This document shows, piece by piece, positions 44,628-53,963 of a stretch of DNA of 64,000 nt; the first letter of the stretch is position 1; each line of letters opens with the position of its first letter. The notes under the pieces were generated by a model that saw only the letters and a list, made by a program, of their open reading frames with translations, had not been told where the DNA came from and did not search any database. The position numbers and the translations under genes were made by a program. Source of the DNA: Candidatus Saccharimonadota bacterium (GTDB lineage Bacteria > Patescibacteriota > Saccharimonadia > Saccharimonadales > JAXHMH01); NCBI GenBank assembly GCA_034521515.1, contig JAXHMH010000002.1, forward strand, positions 88,379-152,378, written 5' to 3'.

Positions 44628-45542
44628 GTGATGTTGAGCCAGAAATCAAAACCAACATTTGTATCATTCAGGCGGGCTCTAAAGGGTATCTATAGACCGG
44701 GGTTAGTATTGCTGGGTCTGGTGTTTTGCGCTGGTTTATGGCCAGGTGTAGCCTTGGCTCAACTCACCCCACCCAGCGGCCCAAATAGCCCTAGTTCGCA
44801 GCGTCCGACACTAAGCCAAGTCTACGATAAGCTAACGACTGGCTCTGCCTCGCCAACCCAATCCGGATTCGTCGGACCAACCAGCGGACCAAGTAGCACT
44901 ACCATGCATAGCCTCAATGACTTAATGGCTCTCATGCCAGAAGTAGATGACACCAATTGCGCTCAGCCAAGTGACGTGATAGACGGCCAGACTTATTGGG
45001 GGTTATGTAGCACAGATTGGGGGCCACAGGTAGGGACGGCGAGTAGTGTGAATGATGATTGGCCAATTCGGTTAGCCGCTACAGGAAGCAGCAACAGTTT
45101 TGCCACTGGAGATGACGGTGATTTACAAATCGGGGTAACTACCAGTCCACGCTTTACAGATAACGGTGACGGTACAGTTACCGACAACATTACCGATCTT
45201 ATATGGCTTCAAGATGCAAACTGCAATGGCGGAAGAACTTGGTCAACGGCTGTTTCAGACGCGAACAATCTAGCAAATGGTAGCTGTGGGCTCACTGATG
45301 GGAGTAGTGCCGGCGATTGGCGACTACCAAATGTTCGGGAGCTATACAGCGTTCTCGACTTCGGACACTATAATCCAAGCATTGTGAGTGGCCATCCATT
45401 TACAAACTTACAAACCGACAGCTACTGGACTTCTACTACGCGCGCACCTAATACTTCCGATGCATGGCGTACAAGTATTACTTCAGGTGGGGTGGGTGCT
45501 AGGGATAAATCCTTGGGTGCTTTTGTCTGGCCAGTTCGATAA
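44628..45542 (+). CDS. secreted DUF1566 (Lcl C-terminal domain) protein
   Basis: Signal peptide, then FTDNGDGTVTDNITDLIWLQDAN, DWRLPNVRELYSV and YWTST motifs. Start GTG 44628 or ATG 44631. Confidence 0.75.
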   Translation: MMLSQKSKPTFVSFRRALKGIYRPGLVLLGLVFCAGLWPGVALAQLTPPSGPNSPSSQRPTLSQVYDKLTTGSASPTQSGFVGPTSGPSSTTMHSLNDLMALMPEVDDTNCAQPSDVIDGQTYWGLCSTDWGPQVGTASSVNDDWPIRLAATGSSNSFATGDDGDLQIGVTTSPRFTDNGDGTVTDNITDLIWLQDANCNGGRTWSTAVSDANNLANGSCGLTDGSSAGDWRLPNVRELYSVLDFGHYNPSIVSGHPFTNLQTDSYWTSTTRAPNTSDAWRTSITSGGVGARDKSLGAFVWPVR

Positions 45543-45589
45543 AAATCAAATTTTTTTATATAGTTACCCCTACTGATACGAGGTTAGGT

Positions 45590-46411
45590 TTACCTTACAG
45601 GAAGTACGTAGTTAGTGCTGGTTTTGGCAACAATTGGCGTGTAACCATCGCTGAAGCCAACGAGTAGAGCATTGTTTGCTCCAAAACTAACCGATGTCCA
45701 GTAATGTTGGCCAGATGCTACACTAGCAAATGGGTGACCTGAAGGTAACGGAGGATTCCACCTACTATAGTCAATCAAGCTTGTTAACTCGTATATATTA
45801 GGGAGTCTCCAGTCTCCAGCAACTGAACCATCACTGAGGCTGCAGGAACCACTCGCTAGGTTGTTGGCGTCATTGATTGCAGTTGCCCAATCTCTTGTAC
45901 CAAAACAATTAGCATGACGTAACCAAACTAAACCAGTTAGGTTGTCAGTTATCGTACCGTCGCCATTATCAGTAAAGCGTGGGCTGGTGGTTTCTCCTCT
46001 TTCTAAATCTCCGTCATCTCCAGTAGCATAACTGGTGGTTTGTCCGGTAGCAGCAAGCTTAACCGGCGTAAACGCTTCAATAGTCCCCGCTTCACACAAA
46101 CTCCAGTATGTTTTTCCGGACGTTACCTGGTTGCTCTCAGCGCAATCCTGATCGGCCTCTGGCAGCAGGCCGAATAACTCATCTAAGCTGCACATTGGGG
46201 TGGTGTCACCCGGGCCGGTGGTTGGTTCGGTGAAGGTTGCGACCATAGTACCGGCGGCTCCGGTTTGTAGGCGGTTGCATAAGTCATCTAGGGTGTAGCT
46301 TTGGCTGGATGGGTCGGTTGGTGGAGCTGGTGGGTTTAGGCTGGCAAACACGGCACCGCCAATACCAAGCAGTAGTACGGCAATCAGGATAGGGACTACT
46401 CGCTCTCCCAT
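45590..46411 (-). CDS. secreted DUF1566 (Lcl C-terminal domain) protein, convergent paralog
   Basis: FTDNGDGTITDNLTGLVWLRHAN, DWRLPNIYELTSL and YWTSV. The N-terminal region is also alignable with the 44628 gene. Confidence 0.75.
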   Translation of the reverse strand: MGERVVPILIAVLLLGIGGAVFASLNPPAPPTDPSSQSYTLDDLCNRLQTGAAGTMVATFTEPTTGPGDTTPMCSLDELFGLLPEADQDCAESNQVTSGKTYWSLCEAGTIEAFTPVKLAATGQTTSYATGDDGDLERGETTSPRFTDNGDGTITDNLTGLVWLRHANCFGTRDWATAINDANNLASGSCSLSDGSVAGDWRLPNIYELTSLIDYSRWNPPLPSGHPFASVASGQHYWTSVSFGANNALLVGFSDGYTPIVAKTSTNYVLPVR

Positions 46412-46530
46412 GAAGCTAAGTGTCTTTTTGATAGCTGTGGCTAGTGTTTGTATTAACCGTTTGATAGTGGCTCCACTGTCTTGCTGTCTTACTCTCTTGC
46501 CTACTTGCTTATGGTAGGTAGTATAGCAGA

Positions 46531-46622
46531 GGGAAGGGCTAGGGTGTAGGGGTTAGGGTGAAGACAGGGTGAAGGGTACAGGGTGAAGGGTTTAGGGTTT
46601 AGGGTTGTGTGGGGGTATGGGG
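46531..46622 (+). repeat. G-tract array: 13 runs of G3-5 in 92 nt, built from 7-nt units AGGGTNN
   Basis: 46541-46607 reads AGGGTGT AGGGGTT AGGGTGA (agac) AGGGTGA AGGGTAC AGGGTGA AGGGTTT AGGGTTT AGGGTTG. Confidence 0.9.
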
Positions 46623-46703
46623 TTTAGGAGTTAGCAGAAGCCCCTGGTTACGAAAACACACAACTACTCGCATGTTTGGTAGACTCTGCTTCTTTTTGCG
46701 CTG

Positions 46704-46738
46704 CACCCTACACTACACCCTGCACCCTATACCCTACA
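46704..46738 (+). repeat. inverted C-strand partner array (7-nt units CACCCTA CACTACA CCCTGCA CCCTATA CCCTACA)
   Basis: Read directly from the sequence. It abuts the rpmE -35 box. Confidence 0.85.
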
Positions 46739-46742
46739 TATG

Positions 46743-46771
46743 TTGACAACAACCTAACAGGGGTGTACACT
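46743..46771 (+). promoter_or_regulatory. rpmE promoter TTGACA-N17-TACACT
   Basis: Consensus -35, 17-nt spacer, about 95 nt upstream of ATG 46872. Confidence 0.6.
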
Positions 46772-46871
46772 GCACCGGTCTAAATTTATACAATGACGGT
46801 CGACTGCAGTTACGGCTCACTGCTAACCGGCCTAGTAATTAAGTAGCAATTAAGCAGCCAGGGATTTATAA

Positions 46872-47222
46872 ATGAAAAAAGATTTACACCCCAAGGACTA
46901 CCGCCCGGTCGTCTTTCAGGATTTATCAAATGGATGGTCGTTTTTGACACGATCCACTGCCCCAACCGAAGAAACCACTAAATGGGAAGATGGCAAAGAA
47001 TACCCTCTGATTAAAGTGCACATTAGCAGCGCTTCTCACCCATTCTTTACTGGTCAAGAAAAACTACTCGACGTCGAAGGTCGTGTAGACAAGTTCAAAG
47101 CTCGTTTTGCTGCCGCTAAAGACCGCCAGGAAGCTATGAAAAAAGCTGCTACCAAAGCAAAAACTCGCGCCGAAAAGAAAGAAGCTGAGAAGGAAGAGGC
47201 TGAAGAAACTACCGAAAAATAG
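46872..47222 (+). CDS. rpmE: 50S ribosomal protein L31, type B (no CxxC zinc motif), with Lys/Glu-rich C-terminal extension
   Basis: [17 protein letters not shown]...[24 protein letters not shown]. Confidence 0.9.
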   Translation: MKKDLHPKDYRPVVFQDLSNGWSFLTRSTAPTEETTKWEDGKEYPLIKVHISSASHPFFTGQEKLLDVEGRVDKFKARFAAAKDRQEAMKKAATKAKTRAEKKEAEKEEAEETTEK

Positions 47223-47350
47223 TTGGTAGTGGACAGTAAAAGGTCGACATAGATAGCGAGTAGCGTTTAGCGCACAGGGATGAGTCAATAGTTCAGTGAT
47301 TTAATTTTGAGCTGGCCGTCAAAAAAACACCCCCTATTCCTCCCCCTTCC

Positions 47351-47420
47351 ACCCTAACCCCTAAACGCTATACCCTAGCCACCCACTAGACCCTGGCCCC
47401 TAAACCCTATACCCTATTCA
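47351..47420 (+). repeat. C-strand 7-nt-period array running up to the prfA start codon
   Basis: ACCCTAA CCCCTAA ACGCTAT ACCCTAG CCACCCA CTAGACC CTGGCCC CTAAACC CTATACC CTATTCA, then AT-ATG. Confidence 0.8.
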
Positions 47421-47422
47421 AT

Positions 47423-48478
47423 ATGGATCAAAAAGAACAACAACTACGAGCCGAGCTAGAAGAATCACGGGACAAGCTAACTGACCCGGAAATTTTTAGT
47501 GACCCAAAGTATCCAAAACTAGCTAAGCGCCAAAAGCACCTGGAAGACGTTCTTGCCCTGTTCGATGAGCGCAACCAGCTCACTGAGGCTCACGCACAAG
47601 CCACCGACATGGCCAGCGGCTCCGACCCAGAACTGGCGGAACTTGCTAAAAATGAACTTATGGAGCTGGAGCCTAAGTTGGCCAAAAACCAGGAAAAGTT
47701 AACTGAAGCACTCACTCCCAAAGACCCCAATGATGATAAAGACATTATTATTGAAATCAGAGCGGCAGCCGGTGGCGATGAAGCCAGCCTGTTTGCTGGC
47801 GAGTTATACCGTATGTACGTACGCTGGGCAGAAAATCATAATTATAAAACCGAGCTCATTAGCGAAAGCCCGTCGGACGCCGGCGGCTATAAAGAGATTG
47901 TCTTTAGTGTCCGCGGCGAGGAACCCTACCGCATGCTCAAATTTGAAGCTGGTGTACACCGAGTACAGCGCATCCCAGTAACTGAAAGTCAGGGTCGTGT
48001 ACACACCAGCACCGTGACGGTAGCCGTTATGCCCGAAGCCGAAGAAACTGATGTAGAGATAAATGAGGCTGATCTTAGAGTTGATGTCTACCGCAGCGGT
48101 GGCAAAGGCGGCCAAAGCGTCAACACCACCGATTCCGCGGTTCGTATCACACACATACCATCCGGGTTGGTTGTTGCTAACCAAGACGAAAAATCGCAGA
48201 TTAAAAACAAAGCCAAAGCGATAAATGTGCTGCGCGCCCGTTTGCTCCAGGCAAAAATTGATGAGGAACATCAGCAGCTATCCGATGCCCGCAAAAAACT
48301 AATCGGCAGCGGCGCGCGCAGCGAAAAGATCCGCACCTACAATTTCCCTCAGGATCGCATCACCGACCATCGCATCGGCTACTCACGCAGTAACATCCCT
48401 GCCGCCCTCAGCGGAGACATAGACGATCTGATTGAGCGGCTACATGCCGCCGAACACGAGCTTTTGAGTTCGGAATAA
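47423..48478 (+). CDS. prfA: peptide chain release factor 1
   Basis: PVT tripeptide ([14 protein letters not shown]) and GGQ ([11 protein letters not shown]). Confidence 0.93.
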   Translation: MDQKEQQLRAELEESRDKLTDPEIFSDPKYPKLAKRQKHLEDVLALFDERNQLTEAHAQATDMASGSDPELAELAKNELMELEPKLAKNQEKLTEALTPKDPNDDKDIIIEIRAAAGGDEASLFAGELYRMYVRWAENHNYKTELISESPSDAGGYKEIVFSVRGEEPYRMLKFEAGVHRVQRIPVTESQGRVHTSTVTVAVMPEAEETDVEINEADLRVDVYRSGGKGGQSVNTTDSAVRITHIPSGLVVANQDEKSQIKNKAKAINVLRARLLQAKIDEEHQQLSDARKKLIGSGARSEKIRTYNFPQDRITDHRIGYSRSNIPAALSGDIDDLIERLHAAEHELLSSE

Positions 48479-48505
48479 ACCAGCTGTGGGTGGTACAATG
48501 GACTC

Positions 48506-48748
48506 ATGAGCGAAGACCAATTTACCAAACTATTCAAAGAGGTTCAGAAGGTCAATACTAGACTGGAAGCTCACGCAGAAGAGTCCAGACAACAACACCT
48601 GGAGATTAATGGTGCTATAGGTGATTTGGCTGGACAGATAAAAGATTATCACCAAGAAACGATATTGCTCGCGCGCAAGGTAGACCGCCTGGAGCGTTGG
48701 ATTCACGAAATCGCCAAGCAAACCGGTGTCAAGCTATCTGAAATTTAG
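48506..48748 (+). CDS. small coiled-coil protein (80 aa), paralog of 43734..44141, inserted between prfA and prmC
   Basis: Extended -10 TGGTACAAT lies 6 nt before the ATG, so it is leaderless. The C-terminus is shared with the paralog. Confidence 0.65.
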   Translation: MSEDQFTKLFKEVQKVNTRLEAHAEESRQQHLEINGAIGDLAGQIKDYHQETILLARKVDRLERWIHEIAKQTGVKLSEI

Positions 48749-48757
48749 ATTTAGACC

Positions 48758-49591
48758 TTGAAAACAAACGCTTTTTTAAACTCAGCCCAAGAGAAATTGA
48801 ACAACAACGGCATTGCCACTGCCCGATTGGACTGTTTAATTTTGTTAGAGGATGCAACTAACCAGAGTCGCTCGTGGCTGTTGGCACATCCAGAATATGA
48901 GTTGAAAAGTTATAAAGTTGAAAAGTTGAAAGATCAGATTGAGCGACGCGCCAACCATGAGCCCTTGGCATACATACGCGGTAAGTCAGAATTTTATGGC
49001 CGCGAGTTTATTATTAACTCGCACACCCTACAGCCTAGACCAGAGACCGAAACGATGCTTGAACTATTGTTCAAGCAAGTTGAAAGTAAAAAGTTAAAAG
49101 TAAAAAGTATTGTAGATGTAGGGACTGGCAGTGGATGTATTGCGATTACCGCTAAACTGGAAATGCCAGAGCTCGAGGTGTACGCGACTGATATCGATGA
49201 AAATTGCATAAAGACTGCCAGGCAAAATGCAAATAGCCTAGGTGCGGATATAAAGCTCCTCCACGGCAACCTCATAGAGCCAATGTTCAAACTTCAAACT
49301 TCAAACTTCAAACCATGCATAGTTGTAGCGAATCTGCCCTACGTTCCTGATAATCACACGATCAACCAGGCAGCCATGCACGAACCCAGACACGCTATTT
49401 TTGGCGGATCTGACGGACTAGACCTATACCGCGAGCTGTTTGACCAGCTTCAATCGCTGCCAAACCAACCAGCATTTATACTAACCGAAGCTTTGCCTCC
49501 GCAACATAAAACACTTCAAAATATAGCCAAAACTGCCGGCTATAACCTGCAGCAAACTCAGGATTTTATACAACTATTTAAGCAAGACTAG
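48758..49591 (+). CDS. prmC: release-factor glutamine N5-methyltransferase PrmC/HemK
   Basis: ARLDCLILLE N-domain and VDVGTGSG motif I. The catalytic tetrapeptide reads NLPY rather than NPPY. TTG start. Confidence 0.85.
   Translation: MKTNAFLNSAQEKLNNNGIATARLDCLILLEDATNQSRSWLLAHPEYELKSYKVEKLKDQIERRANHEPLAYIRGKSEFYGREFIINSHTLQPRPETETMLELLFKQVESKKLKVKSIVDVGTGSGCIAITAKLEMPELEVYATDIDENCIKTARQNANSLGADIKLLHGNLIEPMFKLQTSNFKPCIVVANLPYVPDNHTINQAAMHEPRHAIFGGSDGLDLYRELFDQLQSLPNQPAFILTEALPPQHKTLQNIAKTAGYNLQQTQDFIQLFKQD
49286..49313 (+). repeat. perfect (TTCAAAC)x4 heptanucleotide repeat inside prmC
   Basis: Read directly from the sequence. It encodes FKLQTSNFKP. Confidence 0.95.
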
Positions 49592-50796
49592 TTTTGCGGG
49601 AACTCGCCAAGCCTCACACTAATTGATTGTTCTTGACCATCACGAATTATGGTAAGCGTAACTTGTTCGCCGACTTGCAAACGGCCTATCAAAGACGCCA
49701 AACTATTGCTCCCGTCAATCTCCTCACTGCCGACATGAGTAATGATATCGCCTTCTTGCAAACCAGCTTCATCGGCCGGACTGTCGGCCATAACAGATGA
49801 CGGTTCGCCTTCTTCAGCCGGCACAATATAAGCGCCGCTGGTTACGTCTAAATCAAACTGTTCCGCCAACCCTTCGTTTAGCTGCACATACCGCACGCCA
49901 ATATAGGGGCGTTGCAACTCCCCTTCATTTAAGACGCTGGATATAAGCCCTTTTACATCGTCAATTGGTATGGAGAACCCGATACCCTCAGTTCCGTCGC
50001 CTCGCGCTACTGCTGTATTCACACCTATGACTTCACCTTTGAAGTTCACCAGAGGACCGCCAGAATTTCCCTGATTTATGGCTGCATCTGTCTGGAATAA
50101 ATTCTGCAGCGTGTCAGCTCCACGGCTGCCACCCGCTCGAACATTCCGACCAAAACCGGATATAATCCCTGATGTCACAGTATTTTGAAATTGCCCAAGC
50201 GCATTGCCGATAGCAATTACCCTATCACCTACCTGCACTTCGCCAGAATTACCTAGTTCAACTGGTTTTAGTTGATTGCCGCGTGCGTCATTAATTTTTA
50301 AAAATGCAATGTCCAGCGGGTCATTAGCACCCGTCCGGCCAATCACCTCCACATCATCGAGCTCTGTTCCGTCCGATAACGTCAAACTAACCTCAGCAGT
50401 TCCTTCTGGTACAACGTGCCGATTAGTCAATACCGTGCCATCTTCACTAATAATAAACCCGCTCCCTGCGCCGGCTTGCTGCCTGGTTGATGGCCCAAAA
50501 AATCCTAGTGAAGTTTGTTCAGTCACTACATGCACCGAGACAATGCTTTCGCCGACTTCGTCAACGATTTCACTGATTGCCTGTCCCTCGTTTACAACTA
50601 CTTCTTGTGCTGTCTGTGTCTCCTGATGCTGGCGGCTGCCAGAGGCCAACCACCCGCCCAAAAAACCAGCCGATGTACTCAGCAAAAACACTAGCCCAAC
50701 TAGTGCCAACTTGGCTCGATCAAAATTCAACATAAATTGTCTTGGTTCAGAACCCTTTGATTGCTTCATAAACCCCCTTTTAAAACCGCGTATCAT
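49588..50796 (-). CDS. htrA: HtrA/DegP family serine protease with PDZ domain
   Basis: TNRHV, catalytic GNSGGPLVN, C-terminal PDZ, and an N-terminal TM anchor. Confidence 0.88.
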   Translation of the reverse strand: MIRGFKRGFMKQSKGSEPRQFMLNFDRAKLALVGLVFLLSTSAGFLGGWLASGSRQHQETQTAQEVVVNEGQAISEIVDEVGESIVSVHVVTEQTSLGFFGPSTRQQAGAGSGFIISEDGTVLTNRHVVPEGTAEVSLTLSDGTELDDVEVIGRTGANDPLDIAFLKINDARGNQLKPVELGNSGEVQVGDRVIAIGNALGQFQNTVTSGIISGFGRNVRAGGSRGADTLQNLFQTDAAINQGNSGGPLVNFKGEVIGVNTAVARGDGTEGIGFSIPIDDVKGLISSVLNEGELQRPYIGVRYVQLNEGLAEQFDLDVTSGAYIVPAEEGEPSSVMADSPADEAGLQEGDIITHVGSEEIDGSNSLASLIGRLQVGEQVTLTIIRDGQEQSISVRLGEFPQN

Positions 50797-50799
50797 TTG

Positions 50800-51570
50800 C
50801 TATATCGCTTTGTCGCCCCAGTCAGAAAACGCCAAAACAACCACCACAATAGCTACCATTATAAACATGAATTGCCGTCTTAGTAAGATGGACAACCTGT
50901 CAGTCTGCTCCAAATAATACAACCCCGCCAAACCGAACCCAAGAACCGTCAATAATAAGGCTGGCTGCGGCAAAAAATTATAAAACAACAACCAGTGACT
51001 CAGGATCCATACCAACGCAGCACAAAAATACCCCCAAGTGTGCGCATATAATGGCGTATGTCGTTCATCAAAACTGGTAAAGAAATGTCGCGCGCAGACG
51101 TAGCCGACCACTCCTGCCGACAAAACCATAACTCCAGTCGGCGCCGACCCCCATACCGAGAAAATTGCAATTAAACCAAAGGTGTGGGCAACAAATGCTT
51201 GCAGACTTACGGATAAAATATCCGCTTTTGGTTTTAAGACAATCAGCCATATTCCGTATAGCAGGGCAAACAAGGCCTGCATACCACTGCTACCGGTTTG
51301 TGTCATGAACCCTAAAATCGCCAATCCTACAATAATATCTACCGCGTTAGCGCGAATATTTGGCCACCAGTGACGCGGCTGTACGGCCAGCATCCGCCAC
51401 TTGGCAAGCAATACAACCGCCAGTGCAAGCATGACCAAGCCCCACTGCATTAAAACGTACATAACAACCGGTATCAGTATGTTGAACGCAACATACAGTA
51501 CATGGGCGAACCCACCGCGCGGTTTAATTTTGGAGGCGATTTTGTTCATTAGCTCCCAGTAGTATAACAA
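50800..51570 (-). CDS. polytopic membrane protein, unknown family
   Basis: About 8 TM helices. The start is uncertain (ATG 51549 is possible) and overlaps the end of the LCP gene. Confidence 0.55.
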   Translation of the reverse strand: MLYYWELMNKIASKIKPRGGFAHVLYVAFNILIPVVMYVLMQWGLVMLALAVVLLAKWRMLAVQPRHWWPNIRANAVDIIVGLAILGFMTQTGSSGMQALFALLYGIWLIVLKPKADILSVSLQAFVAHTFGLIAIFSVWGSAPTGVMVLSAGVVGYVCARHFFTSFDERHTPLYAHTWGYFCAALVWILSHWLLFYNFLPQPALLLTVLGFGLAGLYYLEQTDRLSILLRRQFMFIMVAIVVVVLAFSDWGDKAI

Positions 51571-53164
51571 AGTCTACGTCACCTGGGTCAAAGTCCTCGT
51601 CCGGTAATTTATCAAGCACATCAACCCCGAACCGCTCCTCCAAATAACCCAGGGTATACTCATTCTCCCCATCGCTCAAATCTACAATAACCGTCTCTGT
51701 TAAATCTGACCTTGTGTAAAACTCTATTTCATCTATAGTGTAGCCGCGAGCTTTTAAGTCCTCTGTGGAGCGAGTCGCTAGCCCAGGTATACCGGCGGCA
51801 TTATAAACAGCAATCTTGGCATCTTCGCTTTTTAGGTAACCGTCTCGTAATTCAAACCGTAAGAATTCTTGAATATCGTCGTAGTTACCTAGACCGGCAC
51901 GAGGTACCACTACTGACAAACCGCCTATGTTATCGGTTGTCAAATAATCGTTTGGAGGCCCGGCCAGACCGATCGATTTAATGTCGTCAGGCTGCACAGC
52001 ACTGGCATACTCATATAGTTTGGCTAATTCATCGACACCGGTAAAGCTCGTCCGCACATGGTCGCCAAGCGCATCCATAAGCTGCGTCATCCGTACCGGA
52101 TTAGCATACGTACCAGCTGAAGATATTTTCCTACCAAGCGCAACCAACAGAATCCGTTGACGCTCGGATCTATCAAAATCACCCCGCGGGCTTGTTTTTC
52201 GGCTACGAGCAAACGCCAACGCTTTTTGCCCGTCAAACGTTTGATTGCCGGACGCTACGTCCAACAAATAGGGACGGCCGTTTATCAGCATATGTTCGTA
52301 AACAGCCAGTTCCTCAGGTACATCAACTTCCACCCCGCCAACTATATCGATAGCCCTTTCAAACCCCTTAAAATCAATAATCACATGGTAATGAATCGGT
52401 ACTCCGGTTACTTCACTTACCTTAGACCGCGCAGCCTCAAGACCAATTTCTGCTGCCCGCTCTTCTTCATTGCCCTCTTTCATAGCCGCCATTTTGGCAT
52501 TTGCAAACACTGCATTGATTTTTGTATACCCTCCATAAGGTCCAGCCTGGACATACAAATCCCTCGGAATGCTCACCAATGCACCCTCATCATTGACCGG
52601 ATCAAGGCTAGCAATCAAAATCGTGTCCGTCAGATCGGGTCCTTCTTGTCCATCACCACCTTTACCCATCATCAGTACGTTAATACGGCCATCCTTGGCG
52701 ATGTTTTCTTCCAGAACCGACACACCACCACTAAATGTTTGTTGTGCATTCAAAAATGCTCGTCCAAACAAATACCCCGCCGACACGAGGCTGACCAAGA
52801 ACACAGCGGTGACCATTTTCATCATGACGCGAGACGCCGAAAATCGCTTGGCTCGTTTTGGTTTTTTGATTTTGTGCGGCTTTTCCTCATGTGATTTAGT
52901 TTTATCTTGATTGAAAGGTGAATTTGCCGGACTATCCGGTTGTGGGGTCGTATTCCGGGTACCCAGTCCCGCTTGGCTGACCGGATTAAATCCTTCAGCT
53001 TGCTTGAAATCGTCCAGCCTATGCCGGCTCATGGAAGGTGTTCGGTTACGATGCGGTGCAAACGGGTTACTTTGATCGCGTCTTTGAGTATCGTCAATAA
53101 GACCGTCAACTGACTTACGGCGATGCCTATCTGAAGGAATTTTATAGCGATGATGTTGGTTCAT
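51524..53164 (-). CDS. LytR-CpsA-Psr (LCP) family cell-wall glycopolymer transferase with disordered cytoplasmic N-terminus
   Basis: RINVLMMGKGGDG...LTDTILIASLDP and SIPRDLYV motifs, preceded by a TM anchor. Confidence 0.85.
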   Translation of the reverse strand: MNQHHRYKIPSDRHRRKSVDGLIDDTQRRDQSNPFAPHRNRTPSMSRHRLDDFKQAEGFNPVSQAGLGTRNTTPQPDSPANSPFNQDKTKSHEEKPHKIKKPKRAKRFSASRVMMKMVTAVFLVSLVSAGYLFGRAFLNAQQTFSGGVSVLEENIAKDGRINVLMMGKGGDGQEGPDLTDTILIASLDPVNDEGALVSIPRDLYVQAGPYGGYTKINAVFANAKMAAMKEGNEEERAAEIGLEAARSKVSEVTGVPIHYHVIIDFKGFERAIDIVGGVEVDVPEELAVYEHMLINGRPYLLDVASGNQTFDGQKALAFARSRKTSPRGDFDRSERQRILLVALGRKISSAGTYANPVRMTQLMDALGDHVRTSFTGVDELAKLYEYASAVQPDDIKSIGLAGPPNDYLTTDNIGGLSVVVPRAGLGNYDDIQEFLRFELRDGYLKSEDAKIAVYNAAGIPGLATRSTEDLKARGYTIDEIEFYTRSDLTETVIVDLSDGENEYTLGYLEERFGVDVLDKLPDEDFDPGDVDFVILLGANEQNRLQN

Positions 53165-53251
53165 AAATGCTTATGCTAAAGTATACGTTTGCGACCCTGT
53201 TTCGTAAACCGTGCATATCCACCAAATGTGCGGTATAGTTGTAGTCTGAAT

Positions 53252-53935
53252 ATGCAACAGACACCTATCATACCACAACCGCAGGCTGATTCTGAATCGT
53301 CGCATCCGCCTTCTTTTCACAGCCCACCAATTGAGCCGCCCAAACCGGTTAAACCTAGCAAAAAACAACGCCTCAAATCAGCACTGTCTACCATTAGCAT
53401 CCTTTTGATAGCTCCCATAGTCGCCCTGTTGCTGACCGCCTTCGTGTTCCAATCCTATCAAGTAGATGGGCCAAGCATGGAAACCAGCCTGTACCACGGA
53501 GACCGCTTAATTGTACTAAAAACCGCTAAAACCTGGGCTGACCTAAGAGATCAAGACTTCCTACCTGAGCGCAGCGATATAATTGTGTTCAATCGAACGG
53601 TGGACAACAATGCACATCAAAATAGACAACTCATCAAGCGAGTAATCGGACTGCCTGGTGATCGAGTCGTGGTACGCGACAATAAGCTTACTGTTTTTAA
53701 CGCTGACTTTCCGGCTGGATTCAATCCAGATCGAGCTGGAGGCTATCAAGATTATGTGTCGCCCACTACTCCGGGAAACGTAGACATAACTGTACCCGAC
53801 AATGAACTGTTTGTTTTAGGTGATAACCGGCCAAATTCACTTGATTCCCGCTCGTTTGGTACGATATCGTCCGACGAGGTTATAGGTACGCTTGTGTTTC
53901 GAGCCTATCCGTTCCGCGAAGCCAGAACATTTTAG
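53252..53935 (+). CDS. lepB: signal peptidase I
   Basis: GPSMETSL (catalytic Ser), KRVIGLPGD (Lys box), GDNRPNSLDSR. ATG 53252 is preferred over the track start at 53189. Confidence 0.88.
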   Translation: MQQTPIIPQPQADSESSHPPSFHSPPIEPPKPVKPSKKQRLKSALSTISILLIAPIVALLLTAFVFQSYQVDGPSMETSLYHGDRLIVLKTAKTWADLRDQDFLPERSDIIVFNRTVDNNAHQNRQLIKRVIGLPGDRVVVRDNKLTVFNADFPAGFNPDRAGGYQDYVSPTTPGNVDITVPDNELFVLGDNRPNSLDSRSFGTISSDEVIGTLVFRAYPFREARTF

Positions 53936-53963
53936 GGTGCTTATATTAATAGCTATTATATAA

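Noticed and set aside
44628-46411. DUF1566 proteins as diversity-generating retroelement (DGR) targets
   Set aside because: There is no reverse transcriptase, and no template/variable repeat pair. The 3' ends of the two genes share only motif-level similarity, and no non-coding near-copy exists in the window.
46588-46607. GGGTTTAGGGTTTAGGGTT identical to plant-type telomere repeats (TTTAGGG)n
   Set aside because: There are only about 2.5 units, embedded in a degenerate AGGGTNN array, on what looks like an internal chromosomal locus between ordinary genes. It is treated as part of the heptamer arrays, not as a telomere.
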